Part shown: in pieces, positions 1 to 9,634 of the stretch | Position numbering within the stretch: position 1 is the first letter of the stretch | Layout: each line of letters opens with the position of its first letter | Origin: an uncultured Algibacter sp. | GTDB taxonomy: Bacteria; Bacteroidota; Bacteroidia; Flavobacteriales; Flavobacteriaceae | DNA: 64,000 bases | Direction of reading: 5' to 3' | Assembly (NCBI RefSeq): GCF_947487605.1 | Contig: NZ_CANKXK010000011.1 | Coordinates: forward strand, 47,759-111,758 | Notes under the pieces: model-generated | What the model saw: the letters and a program-made list of their open reading frames with translations, nothing else | Told to the model about the DNA's origin: nothing | Database searches by the model: none | Made by a program: the position numbers and the translations under genes

Positions 1-176
1 TCTGAAAAAACTTCAACACCTTTCGAAACAGAATTACAATAATAATGCAACCCATGTTTTATAAAAACATGATATGCCTCTTGTATAGCTCCATGCTTCG
101 AATGATATTGCTCATCCCATTCTGGCAAATGAATTGTAGAAGAACCATCACCAGTTATAACAATTTTTCGTTCCAA
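1..176 (-). CDS. mnmD: tRNA (mnm5s2U34) methyltransferase MnmD, N-terminal part (runs off window)
   Basis: Manual translation from TTG at 176: (M)ERKIVITGDGSSTIHLPEWDEQYHSKHGAIQEAYHVFIKHG, the typical MnmD/MnmC N-terminus. Confidence 0.85.
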   Translation of the reverse strand, partial: MERKIVITGDGSSTIHLPEWDEQYHSKHGAIQEAYHVFIKHGLHYYCNSVSKGVEVFS

Positions 177-178
177 AA

Positions 179-682
179 TTATTGAATTACTAGAACGCCA
201 TCTGCCTCAAACGAATAGGTTCTCTTGGGTTCTGTTATTTTGGCTATTTCCTCTGCAGATTTACCCGCATCTTTAGCATAATGACGTTGTTCATCAACAG
301 AAACTTCTTTTACGTAAGCCTGTCCGTTTACAATAACTTCTTTACCTGAAATATCCTTGGGTACAAAAAAACCATAATCTTTAAACTTAACCATAATTTC
401 ACTCCCATCGCCAGTATTTAAAATCATCCAACAACCTTTTGCTTGACAAACCTCACTAACTTTTGCCTTCATTTTAGAATTGATACTATCTCCTGTCTGC
501 ATAGTCTTATAATGTGCAGCCATTGAGGTTACATCTATGGCATCATCAGCAATAATATCTTTACCAAAAGACGCATATTCTATTTTTTCTTCTTCTAGTT
601 GTACCTCGGCGTTGTTAGCGCTTTTCTTTTTGCAAGAATTTAACACTAATACACTGATAATTAATAAGGTAATTCGCTTCAT
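179..682 (-). CDS. DUF4920-like lipoprotein
   Basis: Lipobox LNSC; VCQAKGCWM and VKFKDYGFFVP motifs. Confidence 0.75.
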   Translation of the reverse strand: MKRITLLIISVLVLNSCKKKSANNAEVQLEEEKIEYASFGKDIIADDAIDVTSMAAHYKTMQTGDSINSKMKAKVSEVCQAKGCWMILNTGDGSEIMVKFKDYGFFVPKDISGKEVIVNGQAYVKEVSVDEQRHYAKDAGKSAEEIAKITEPKRTYSFEADGVLVIQ

Positions 683-776
683 GGTATGAATATTTCAATT
701 TTAAACGATTTATGTAAATATACCCCTTTTTTAAAAACGTTTTTGTATAAATTTGTAGTAATAAATTACTTGGCTT

Positions 777-1844
777 ATGAATGCTATAATCAATGACATA
801 GAGGTTATAAAAGCAAAAACTTCCAAAATTACAGAAGTTGACTTTAACAACTTAAAATTTGGAAATACATTTTCAGATCACATGTTAGTTTGTGATTATA
901 AAGAGGGTAAATGGCAAGCTCCTAAAGTAATGCCATATCAATCTATTTCTTTAGATCCTTCTGCAAAGATTTTTCATTACGGACAATCTGTTTTTGAAGG
1001 AATGAAGGCTTATAAAGATGCTGATGAAAACGTCTGGTTATTTCGTCCCTTAGATAATTTTAAGCGTTTAAATATTTCATCAAAGCGATTAGCTATTCCA
1101 GAACTCCCTGAAAGTTATTTTATGGATGGTTTAAAAACGTTATTGCAAGTGGATAGTGATTGGATTCCAAAAAATGAAGGAAGTTCATTATACATTAGAC
1201 CGTTTGTATTTGCTTCTGGCAATGGTTTTCATGCCTCACCTGCAGATGAATACAAGTTCATAATAGCAACTGCTCCTTCAGGATCTTATTTCTCAGGAAA
1301 GGTGCGCGTTTTAATTGAACAAAAATACTCTCGTTCTGCCAATGGAGGTGTTGGATTTGCTAAAGCCGGAGGAAACTATGCTGGTCAATTTTATCCAACC
1401 CAATTAGCGGTTGAAAAAGGGTATCAACAAGTTATATGGACAGATGATAATACACATGAGTATATAGAAGAAGCTGGAGCTATGAATATTTTTGTTCGTA
1501 TTAACGATACATTAATAACGGGTCCAACAAGTGATAGAATTTTGGATGGTATAACAAGAAAGAGCATCATCCAATTAGCAGAATCTGAAGGTATTCCTGT
1601 TGAAGTAAGAAAACTTTCGGTACATGAAGTGGTTGCTGCTGCAAAAGATGGCTCGTTAAAAGAAATGTTTGGTGCTGGTACTGCAGCGGTAATTTCACCT
1701 ATTTCTGGATTTGGTTATAAAGATAAAGATTATGATTTACCAGAATTGAAGGATACTTATGCTAGTTACTTAAAAAAGCGTATTACAGATATCCAAACTA
1801 ATAAAGCTGAAGATCCATATGGATGGCGTTATGCAGTTAAATAG
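777..1844 (+). CDS. ilvE: Branched-chain amino acid aminotransferase
   Basis: FHYGQSVFEGMKAY, AKAGGNYA (PLP lysine), EEAGAMN, ILDGITR, GAGTAAVISP. Confidence 0.95.
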   Translation: MNAIINDIEVIKAKTSKITEVDFNNLKFGNTFSDHMLVCDYKEGKWQAPKVMPYQSISLDPSAKIFHYGQSVFEGMKAYKDADENVWLFRPLDNFKRLNISSKRLAIPELPESYFMDGLKTLLQVDSDWIPKNEGSSLYIRPFVFASGNGFHASPADEYKFIIATAPSGSYFSGKVRVLIEQKYSRSANGGVGFAKAGGNYAGQFYPTQLAVEKGYQQVIWTDDNTHEYIEEAGAMNIFVRINDTLITGPTSDRILDGITRKSIIQLAESEGIPVEVRKLSVHEVVAAAKDGSLKEMFGAGTAAVISPISGFGYKDKDYDLPELKDTYASYLKKRITDIQTNKAEDPYGWRYAVK

Positions 1845-1870
1845 CTAACTTATAATATATTACAAAAAAA

Positions 1871-2002
1871 GAGGCTGTCTAAAAATTAAGTTAGATGTCA
1901 TATTGAGCTTGTCGAAATGTTTTTAACTTACTAATTAGTCAATATCGGTTTCGACAGGCTCAACCTGACAAATCAAGCTATAAAGACTTTTTAGACAGCC
2001 TC
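1871..2002. mobile_element. MITE-like non-autonomous element, copy 1
   Basis: Perfect 15-bp terminal inverted repeats GAGGCTGTCTAAAAA/TTTTTAGACAGCCTC; internal IR TTGAGCTTGTCGAAA/TTTCGACAGGCTCAA; near-identical copy at 53597-53729. Confidence 0.75.
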
Positions 2003-2008
2003 TTTTTT

Positions 2009-2395
2009 TTATACTTTTAAAATAGATTCGATATTAGGTTTAAAATAATTAGGTCCTTTTAAAACCTTTCCATCTTCACGATAAATTGGTTGTCCGTCTT
2101 CGCCTAATTTACTCATATTACTTCGTTGGATTTCATCAAAAACTTCTTCTATTTTATACTGCATTCCATGTTCTATAATAGTTCCGCATAATATGTAAAG
2201 CATATCGCCTAATGCATCGGCAACTTCAATTAAGTCATTATTATTAGCAGCTTCTAGGTACTCTTCATTTTCTTCGCGCATCAATTTATAGCGTAACATA
2301 TTTTTTGCCAAACCTAAATCTGCCTTAGGTGTTTCTCTATGCCCAATTTTAAATGCTGTATGAAATGCTTTTACTGCTTCTATTTTGTTCTTCAT
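2009..2395 (-). CDS. MazG-like (PRA-PH type) nucleoside triphosphate pyrophosphohydrolase
   Basis: EENEEYLEA..EVADALGDMLYIL..EIQRSNMSK..DGKVLKG; start chosen at MKNKIEAV. Confidence 0.85.
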   Translation of the reverse strand: MKNKIEAVKAFHTAFKIGHRETPKADLGLAKNMLRYKLMREENEEYLEAANNNDLIEVADALGDMLYILCGTIIEHGMQYKIEEVFDEIQRSNMSKLGEDGQPIYREDGKVLKGPNYFKPNIESILKV

Positions 2396-2464
2396 TAACA
2401 ATATATTTTTCATTTCCCTAAATAAGGAAATCTGTTTTCATTAAATTTGTATAAAAATAACTAT

Positions 2465-2650
2465 ATGTTTAGTAAAGGTCAAATCATTTTCGGAGTTTTA
2501 TTTTTTATTGCTTTTGCTATAATAATTGCTTTTACTTATCGAAAAGATTTAAAACTTCATAAACGATTCTACGCTGGTAGTGTTTGGATTCTTATTGCCT
2601 TTATAGCTTTTATCCTGTTTATTACTGCTATTAAATTTTTATTCAAATAA
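2465..2650 (+). CDS. Small two-TM membrane protein
   Basis: MFSKGQIIFG..YRKD.KLHK..Y; two hydrophobic segments. Confidence 0.7.
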   Translation: MFSKGQIIFGVLFFIAFAIIIAFTYRKDLKLHKRFYAGSVWILIAFIAFILFITAIKFLFK

Positions 2651-2791
2651 ATTCTTTATCAATTTCGCAATAAATATTATGTGACTTAGTGGGAGAATTG
2701 TGGTCTAAACTGTTATATAATAAACCCCTTGAAATTAAACGCAACCAATCGATTTAATTTGTATCTATTTTATAACTAAATCAAACAGGCA

Positions 2792-2878
2792 ATGAAAATA
2801 CTTTTACTCGTTACAGTGCTTATTGTTATTAACCTACTTTTACTCGTTTTTAGCGTAAACAAAAAAACAGATCCTTGA
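2792..2878 (+). CDS. 28-aa single-TM small protein (not in ORF track)
   Basis: MKILLLVTVLIVINLLLLVFSVNKKTDP*; A-rich initiation region, upstream promoter-like motif, downstream hairpin. Confidence 0.55.
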   Translation: MKILLLVTVLIVINLLLLVFSVNKKTDP

Positions 2879-2896
2879 TTAAAGAATCTGTTTTTA
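2863..2896. terminator. Bidirectional intrinsic terminator between convergent genes
   Basis: AAAAACAGAT(C)CTT..AAGAATCTGTTTTT inverted repeat with A/T tails. Confidence 0.55.
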
Positions 2897-2920
2897 AATA
2901 AATTTACAAACCTATTACCT

Positions 2921-4957
2921 CTAATTTACCTCGGGTAAAAAATTATAGTGTTTGCTATAATCTAACATTTGTCCAGAAAAGGTTTCTGGTTGCGTAACCT
3001 TTACTGCTGTTATTTCTCCAGCATCGTTAGTTTCTGGTATTAAAACTGGATTTACAAAACCACTGTAAGGAGCTGATGGGAACTGTTTATTTCTTTCTAA
3101 AACTTCGGTATGAATAGCTTGGTCTACTTTTACGCCATAACCTTCAACTAAGGCTTCAACGGCAGCATAATCGCCTTCCGATTTTATACGTTGTGTTTCA
3201 CGTAGTAACTGTCCAAATAAATCATGAAGCTTATCATAATCATTAATATTAAAATAGGTTTTTCCATCACGCGTAACTTTTTCAATCACATTATCGGCTT
3301 TACCTTTTTCGTAAGCCCAAGCAGAAACCCATTGTCTGTTTCGCATATGCGCTTCTTCAACATCGTCTCCTAAGTTTAAACGTATTAATTGCGTCATTAA
3401 TCCGTTTCTTATATAGCCATCGTAGGCTGCTTTTCCAATTGATTTCCAATCTTCAACCAAACCTAACTCTTGAAGCTTAGAATTGTATAAATAATATAAC
3501 CCAACTAAATCGGCACGTCCTTCTTCTAAAGTAGAGGCATAATTTTTTAAAGTTTCCTTTGTTTCACCAACTCCAGGATTTAACTGCCCAGAGGCATGAC
3601 CTATTACTTCGTGTAGCGCTGTATGTAATTTATCGGCTAATTGCCCATATTTTTCTTCTAATTCAAGCTCCTCTTTATCGTGAACAAATTCTTTAAGGCG
3701 TCCCGAACTCGATGCATTATTATAAGCATTTGTTATATTTCCTAGCGAGACCGACTTACTTCCAACTGCTTTTCTAATCCAATTGGCATTTGGTAAATTT
3801 ACCCCTATTGGTGTACTTGGTGAAGCATCACCTGCTTCTCCTGCTACACTAACTACTTTATAAGTTATACCAACCACATTCTTCTTTTTATGTTCGTCCA
3901 TTAGCGGTGAGTTATCTTCAAACCATTGTGCATTTTCAGATAAAACTGCCATTTTTTGAGACATATCAAAATCATTAATCTGGACGATAGTCTCATACGA
4001 ACCTCTATAACCCAACGGATCATTATATACCTCAATAAAGCTATTAATATAGTCTATATCGCCTTCCGTAGCGCCTGTCCAGGCCACATTATAATCATCC
4101 CAAGTTTGCAAATCACCCGTTTTATAATAGTCTATTAATAATCCTAAGGCATTTTCTTGAGCTTCATTTTCAGCAACGCCTTTAGCCAATTCTAACCACT
4201 TTACAACCTCATCAATTGCCGAACCATATAATCCTCCAGATTTATAGACGCGTTCTTTAAGTGCACCATTTTCTTTAACCAATTGAGAATTTAATCCAAA
4301 TGATAAAGGTTTATCAGGGTTTGGTGATACTTTAGCTTTATAAAAACTTTCAACATCAGCATTTGTAACATCTGGTCCATAAAAATTAACCGCAGAAAGA
4401 GCTACATTATCCACACCTTTGGCTTGATTTACTTTTTTACTATCGGCATCATTAAAAATAACATCAAACGCATCTCCTTCTAAAGTAGTATTTGTCGCAG
4501 CTAGTAATTGACTTAAATAATCTGACGAAAACTCAGGCTTTAATTTATCATTCGAATAATGATGATGAATACCATTACTAAACCAAACACGCTTTAAGTA
4601 GGTTTCAAAAGTACTCCAATCTTTGGAAGATTTGTCGCCGTCATAATTCGTATAAACATTTTCTAGAGCCTTTCTAATCTTTAAATTGTGACGATAATTT
4701 TGATCCCACATTATATCTCTTCCAGAAAGTCCAGCTTGCGTTAAGTAATAAACAAGTTTTTGTTGCTTTAACGAGAGGTTATCCCATCCTGGGATTTGGT
4801 ATCGTAGAATTTTAATATCGGCAAATTGCTCTACATTATAATTAAATTCGGTAGGTTCAGCAATTGCTGGTTCTTCTTGTTTTTTAGATTTATCGTCCAC
4901 GCATGACGACAAAAAGGCAGCAACTAATAAGATGCTTAAGAATGATTTTAGTTTCAT
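2921..4957 (-). CDS. Peptidase M49 (dipeptidyl-peptidase III family) lipoprotein
   Basis: HEVIGH zinc motif, EEGRAD, GVNLPN; lipobox LSSC. Confidence 0.9.
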   Translation of the reverse strand: MKLKSFLSILLVAAFLSSCVDDKSKKQEEPAIAEPTEFNYNVEQFADIKILRYQIPGWDNLSLKQQKLVYYLTQAGLSGRDIMWDQNYRHNLKIRKALENVYTNYDGDKSSKDWSTFETYLKRVWFSNGIHHHYSNDKLKPEFSSDYLSQLLAATNTTLEGDAFDVIFNDADSKKVNQAKGVDNVALSAVNFYGPDVTNADVESFYKAKVSPNPDKPLSFGLNSQLVKENGALKERVYKSGGLYGSAIDEVVKWLELAKGVAENEAQENALGLLIDYYKTGDLQTWDDYNVAWTGATEGDIDYINSFIEVYNDPLGYRGSYETIVQINDFDMSQKMAVLSENAQWFEDNSPLMDEHKKKNVVGITYKVVSVAGEAGDASPSTPIGVNLPNANWIRKAVGSKSVSLGNITNAYNNASSSGRLKEFVHDKEELELEEKYGQLADKLHTALHEVIGHASGQLNPGVGETKETLKNYASTLEEGRADLVGLYYLYNSKLQELGLVEDWKSIGKAAYDGYIRNGLMTQLIRLNLGDDVEEAHMRNRQWVSAWAYEKGKADNVIEKVTRDGKTYFNINDYDKLHDLFGQLLRETQRIKSEGDYAAVEALVEGYGVKVDQAIHTEVLERNKQFPSAPYSGFVNPVLIPETNDAGEITAVKVTQPETFSGQMLDYSKHYNFLPEVN

Positions 4958-5144
4958 AGTAATATTAATTTATTGTTCTTCAAAATATGGGCAATTAAAC
5001 GATTAAAATTATTGATTAATCTGAATTTTAGATATTTAATTAGTGAATATTTATTTTTTGAACAGCAAATGTAATAATTTATTAACGGAAATTTAAAAAT
5101 GATTATATTTGATTTTACATTTTAACTAAATTTAAAACCATATC

Positions 5145-6164
5145 ATGAAAGCTTTTAAGTACATCCTTTTTTTATTATTAATTGCTATTATTGGCGGAGC
5201 CATTTATATTGCTGTTCAACCAGATTCTTTTGATGTAACAAGGAGTCGAACCATAAAAGCCCCAACCTCGGTAGCTTATAATAACATAATTGATTTTAAA
5301 AACTGGGAAGCTTGGTCTCCATGGGTTGAAAAAGAACCTAGTACTGTCATCACATTAAGTGAACAAACTAAAGGTGTAGATGGGTTTTATACATGGGAAG
5401 ACAAAGACGGCATAGGTACTATGAAAACTATTGCTACTGAAATCAATAAAACTATTACTCAAGACATGCAATTTGCAGATTTTCCGCCTTCTAAAATAAA
5501 TTGGACTTTCAACCCTAACAACGATGGCTCAACCGAAGTCATTTGGAATATGAAAGGTAAAGATTTACCCTTTGACTTTAAAGCCTACACAGCATTTGCA
5601 GGTAGTATGGACGAACAGGTTGGTCCAGATTTTGAACGAGGATTAGAAAAGTTAGACAGCATTTTAGTTGCAGATATGAAAAAATATAGTGTAGAAGTAA
5701 ATGGCATCACGCAGCACGGTGGTGGCTATTATTTATACACAACAACCTCGTGTAAAATTTCTGAATTAGAAAGTAAAATGCAAGAAATGATGCCAAAAGT
5801 TGGTATGTATGCCATGAGTAATAATATTAAAATGGCTGGAGCACCTTTTACACACTATCATAAATGGGACGAAGCAAATAATGCTGTTATGTTTTCTGCT
5901 TGTGTGCCAACTACCGAAAAAATTATTACAACAGATAGTGAGATATTAACGGGACAATTAGCCTCTTTTAAAGCAGTTAAAACAACACTTAAGGGAAACT
6001 ACAAAAACTTAAAAGAAGCTTGGGATGAAGCCATGAAATATATTCCAGAAAACGGATTAGAATTTGCCGAAAATGGACCAATGCTTGAAGCCTACCTTAA
6101 CGACCCAATGAGCAACCCAAACCCAGCAGATTGGATTACTGAAATTTATATCGCCGTAAAATAG
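5145..6164 (+). CDS. SRPBCC + GyrI-like small-molecule-binding protein
   Basis: N-terminal TM anchor, SRPBCC-like WEAWSPW..DFERGLEKL, C-terminal GyrI-like G.Y.NL..AW..TEIYIAV. Confidence 0.8.
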   Translation: MKAFKYILFLLLIAIIGGAIYIAVQPDSFDVTRSRTIKAPTSVAYNNIIDFKNWEAWSPWVEKEPSTVITLSEQTKGVDGFYTWEDKDGIGTMKTIATEINKTITQDMQFADFPPSKINWTFNPNNDGSTEVIWNMKGKDLPFDFKAYTAFAGSMDEQVGPDFERGLEKLDSILVADMKKYSVEVNGITQHGGGYYLYTTTSCKISELESKMQEMMPKVGMYAMSNNIKMAGAPFTHYHKWDEANNAVMFSACVPTTEKIITTDSEILTGQLASFKAVKTTLKGNYKNLKEAWDEAMKYIPENGLEFAENGPMLEAYLNDPMSNPNPADWITEIYIAVK

Positions 6165-6165
6165 T

Positions 6166-6531
6166 ATGAAGCAATTATTATTAGTTTTTGTTGGTGGTGG
6201 CTTTGGTAGTGTTTTACGTTTTATTATCGGGAAATATTTAAATAGCACCGAAACGGGTATTCCTTATGGCACCTTTGCTGCTAATATTTTAGGAAGTTTA
6301 CTTATTGGTATTATTTTAGGTTTAGCTGCCAAAAATAATTCCTTATCCCAAAGTCAAACATTATTATTAGCAACAGGATTTTGTGGTGGCTTTACAACGT
6401 TCTCAACTTTTGCTTACGAGAACCATGTGTTCTTAAAATCTGGCGACTTTACAAGTTTTGCTTTATATACTATTGGCAGTTTTGTGGTTGGTTTTTTAGC
6501 AGTTTTTTTGGGGATGTTTTTGGCGAAATAA
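6166..6531 (+). CDS. crcB: Fluoride efflux channel Fluc/CrcB
   Basis: GGGFGSVLR, PYGTFAANILG, TGFCGGFTTFSTF. Confidence 0.95.
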   Translation: MKQLLLVFVGGGFGSVLRFIIGKYLNSTETGIPYGTFAANILGSLLIGIILGLAAKNNSLSQSQTLLLATGFCGGFTTFSTFAYENHVFLKSGDFTSFALYTIGSFVVGFLAVFLGMFLAK

Positions 6532-6631
6532 GCCTTGACTTAGTAAAAATTTCCAACCAGCTTCTTTAACGTATTTTGCACAAACAGCATCATAATAATA
6601 AGTTAGCAAAAGAACTTCATACAGGTATCAT

Positions 6632-7237
6632 TCAATGCTTACTAAAAGACTTCTCCCCTGCTTCTACTCTAGTTTTTAAATAATTCTTTCGAGGTACGAT
6701 TGGACACGAATATTTATCGTTGTAAGCACAGTATGGATTATAAGATTGATTAAAATCAATTATCATGGTATCGTCTTTAGGAATTCTAGCATCAATATAA
6801 CGGCCTCCACCATAACTTTCTTGTCCATTTGTTTCATCTAAAAAAGGCAGAAATAGATAGTCTTCATAGCCCTCTTTTTCAATCAAATCTAAATTTTGAT
6901 ATATATTTAAAATAAAAATTTCTCCTTTTAAAATAAAATTAAGTTCGCCGTATTTTACATGACTAAGCTCTATATCTGTCGTCGTTTTCATTTTAAAAGT
7001 CTTTTCATTTGGTGTTCTTTTAAAACTAGCTTCAACAACGTAAGTAGAATCAAACTTAAAAAACTCTAATCCCTTAAATACCTTACGGTCTTTATCTTTT
7101 AGCGGTGATTTACTAGCATCTTTAAAGATGGCGTTCTGTTCTTTTTGAAAGGCAGTTTCACCTAAAACTGGTCGCTTTTTTTGAGCACAACTTGTGAGAC
7201 AAATAATTGATATAAAAACACATATTCCAAATTTCAT
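6632..7237 (-). CDS. DUF1684 family lipoprotein
   Basis: LFLPFLDETNG.ESYGGGRY..IDFN.SYNPYCAYN..YSCP..AGEK. Confidence 0.85.
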   Translation of the reverse strand: MKFGICVFISIICLTSCAQKKRPVLGETAFQKEQNAIFKDASKSPLKDKDRKVFKGLEFFKFDSTYVVEASFKRTPNEKTFKMKTTTDIELSHVKYGELNFILKGEIFILNIYQNLDLIEKEGYEDYLFLPFLDETNGQESYGGGRYIDARIPKDDTMIIDFNQSYNPYCAYNDKYSCPIVPRKNYLKTRVEAGEKSFSKH

Positions 7238-7312
7238 TTTTAAAATAATTTGATTTCAAAAATACAACTTAAGAAAATTTTACATAGCTTTGACCTTTCA
7301 AAAGAAATAAAA

Positions 7313-7396
7313 ATGCGTTGTAACGTCACAATTTATAGAAAGCAATGGACCTCTTGTTTAAAAACAAGTAGTTGGGCTTATAATATATTGTGGTGA
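7313..7396 (+). promoter_or_regulatory. Putative leader peptide (27 aa, 3 Trp) upstream of MFS transporter
   Basis: MRCNVTIYRKQWTSCLKTSSWAYNILW* just downstream of a TAGCTTTG -7 element and followed by a terminator. Confidence 0.55.
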
Positions 7397-7421
7397 TATG
7401 AATATAAAATATTACAATATT

Positions 7422-7455
7422 AAAAAGTCCGACTTCGCAGTCGGACTTTTTTTTT
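7422..7455 (+). terminator. Intrinsic terminator (attenuator) in the MFS gene leader
   Basis: AAAAAGTCCGAC-TTCGCA-GTCGGACTTTTTTTTT. Confidence 0.8.
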
Positions 7456-7497
7456 ACCAATTCAAATAAAATTCAAATATGTAGAAAACTAGAACTC

Positions 7498-8748
7498 ATG
7501 AACAAATTATTTAATAATTACCTAAATACCTTTAAAGGCCTATCGCAAGAAGTATGGTGGCTATCCCTAATAACACTTATAAATAGAGCTGGCACCATGG
7601 TAATTCCTTTTTTGTCCTTATACTTAAGAGAAAGTCTAAATTTCTCTTTTACTGATGTAGGCTGGGTAATGAGTGCTTTTGGATTAGGTTCTGTTATTGG
7701 GTCATGGCTAGGCGGTAAACTAACCGACAAAATAGGCTATTACAAAGTAATGGTTTACAGCTTGTTAGGAACAGGTGTCTTATTTATAACTTTACAATAT
7801 TTAACAACTTTTTCTGGATTTTGCTTTGGCATATTTCTGGTAATGTTGGTGGCAGATATGTTTCGTCCCGCCATGTTCGTGGCGCTGAGTGCATACAGTA
7901 AACCAGAAAATAAAACACGTAGTGTAACGCTAATTAGGTTAGCTATAAATCTTGGGTTTTCGGCAGGACCAGCTATTGGTGGGCTAATTATTACTACATT
8001 AAGTTATGGTGGGTTATTTTGGGTTGATGGTATTACTTGTATCGCTGCTACTGCTGTACTTATTAATGTTTTAAACCCAAAAACAACTAAAACTTTAGAT
8101 AATGTTAAAACTGAAAATCCTAAATCGGCTTATGGAGACAAAGCCTTTTTAATCTTTTTGGTTGCCATGGTACTTTTTGGAATTGTATTCCTGCAATATT
8201 TTTCTACCATGCCATTATACTATAAAGACGTACATGCTTTAACCGAATTTGAAATAGGTGTCCTTTTAGGAATGAACGGATTTATAATTTTTGCACTAGA
8301 AATGCCATTAATAAAATGGTTAGAAAATACCACGTTTACAAAATCTGGATTAATGCTTTTTGGAGCTATCTTAACCGGTTTAAGTTTTTTAATATTAAAC
8401 ATGTCTAATTGGGCAGGTGTTTTAATATTTGGTATGCTCTTGATGACTTTTGGTGAAATGATAGCCTTTCCTTTTTCTAATGCTTTTGCAATGGATAGAG
8501 CTAAAAAAGGAAATCAGGGAGAATATATGGCTCTTTATTCTATTTCATTTTCTATAGCACATATCTTTGGACATAATGCTGGTATGCGAATGGTAGATAA
8601 TCTAGGATTTGATAACACTTGGTATATTGTAACAATACTTGCTGCACTTTGTGTATTTTTATTATTTATTTTAAATCAGTATTTAAATATTAAGAAAAAA
8701 CAAAAAATGAAAGATATAGAAGAAGAAAAAGAAATTTTATGGATTTAA
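7498..8748 (+). CDS. MFS transporter
   Basis: ~12 hydrophobic segments; motif A-like GGKLTDKIGY. Confidence 0.9.
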   Translation: MNKLFNNYLNTFKGLSQEVWWLSLITLINRAGTMVIPFLSLYLRESLNFSFTDVGWVMSAFGLGSVIGSWLGGKLTDKIGYYKVMVYSLLGTGVLFITLQYLTTFSGFCFGIFLVMLVADMFRPAMFVALSAYSKPENKTRSVTLIRLAINLGFSAGPAIGGLIITTLSYGGLFWVDGITCIAATAVLINVLNPKTTKTLDNVKTENPKSAYGDKAFLIFLVAMVLFGIVFLQYFSTMPLYYKDVHALTEFEIGVLLGMNGFIIFALEMPLIKWLENTTFTKSGLMLFGAILTGLSFLILNMSNWAGVLIFGMLLMTFGEMIAFPFSNAFAMDRAKKGNQGEYMALYSISFSIAHIFGHNAGMRMVDNLGFDNTWYIVTILAALCVFLLFILNQYLNIKKKQKMKDIEEEKEILWI

Positions 8749-9116
8749 ACCAAATAACAATTCCGTCATTAGATGTTGCAAGAGCAACAGAATTTTACAA
8801 AACTTTGGGATTGCATCTTATTGTTGATGCAATCCCAAGATATGTAAGGTTTGAATGCCCTAATGGAGACAGCACATTTTCTATTCATAAGGTAGAAGCT
8901 ATTCCTAACAATTCTGGTATAAGTATTTATTTTGAAAATGACAATTTAGATGTTCTTGTTGAAGAACTTCAACAAAAGGGTATTGTTTTTACAGAACTAA
9001 CAGAAGACAAATCTTGGTTATGGCGAGAAGCACATTTGCAAGACCCTGATGGTAATAACATTATCTTGTATTATGCTGGAAAAAACAGGAAAAATCCGCC
9101 TTGGCGAATTAATTAA
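8739..9116 (+). CDS. VOC (glyoxalase/bleomycin resistance) family protein
   Basis: LNQITIP..A.EFY..LG..WLWREAHLQDPDGN. Confidence 0.85.
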   Translation: MDLNQITIPSLDVARATEFYKTLGLHLIVDAIPRYVRFECPNGDSTFSIHKVEAIPNNSGISIYFENDNLDVLVEELQQKGIVFTELTEDKSWLWREAHLQDPDGNNIILYYAGKNRKNPPWRIN

Positions 9117-9130
9117 TTATTGTTAATACG

Positions 9131-9631
9131 ATGGAAAAATGGGAAAAATTACCGGTTTTTAAAAAAGCCATGGATATCCAAAAATTAGTAAACTATATTG
9201 TTAAAAGTGTAGAAAATACAGATATTGATTTTGAACATGATATAGAAGCTGAAATGCTAAAAAGTAACCTTAATTATTTAAGAGAAAATTCTATAATTAT
9301 TTCTGCAAAAATTGCAGGTGCTGCAGATGAAAACACGCTTTATGATATTAAAATGGAAAATGCTGCTATAATTAGAAAATCTGCTAGGGAATTAATAACT
9401 GATGTACAAGGTATAGAAATGCATGGATTTAAAGAGATTGAATACTTAGATTTATTGAGAAATGAAGTGGATGAATTTAGAATAATTTTTGCCGAATGGG
9501 TAAAAACTTTTGACTGCTGGAATTATAGTATAGATCGATGAGGACTTTTTAATCCTCCTGGTGTGAATTATGATGATATTCATCCTGATGATAATATTCC
9601 TTATAATCCTGAAGATTTTGAAGGGTTGTAA
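9131..9631 (+). pseudogene. Four-helix-bundle-like hypothetical protein with in-frame TGA at 9539-9541
   Basis: Frame continues after TGA as GLFNPPGVNYDDIHPDDNIPYNPEDFEGL* (TAA 9629-9631); DR*GLFNPPG suggests TGG>TGA. Confidence 0.55.
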
Positions 9632-9634
9632 AAA

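Noticed and set aside
6100..6166. Fluoride riboswitch upstream of crcB
   Set aside because: crcB starts 1 nt after the previous stop codon; there is no leader space or motif
9539..9541. Genome-wide TGA=Trp recoding or selenocysteine
   Set aside because: Other genes use TGG for Trp and end normally at TGA (e.g. 6632, 17015); the context implies Trp rather than Cys, and no SECIS-like hairpin was recognised
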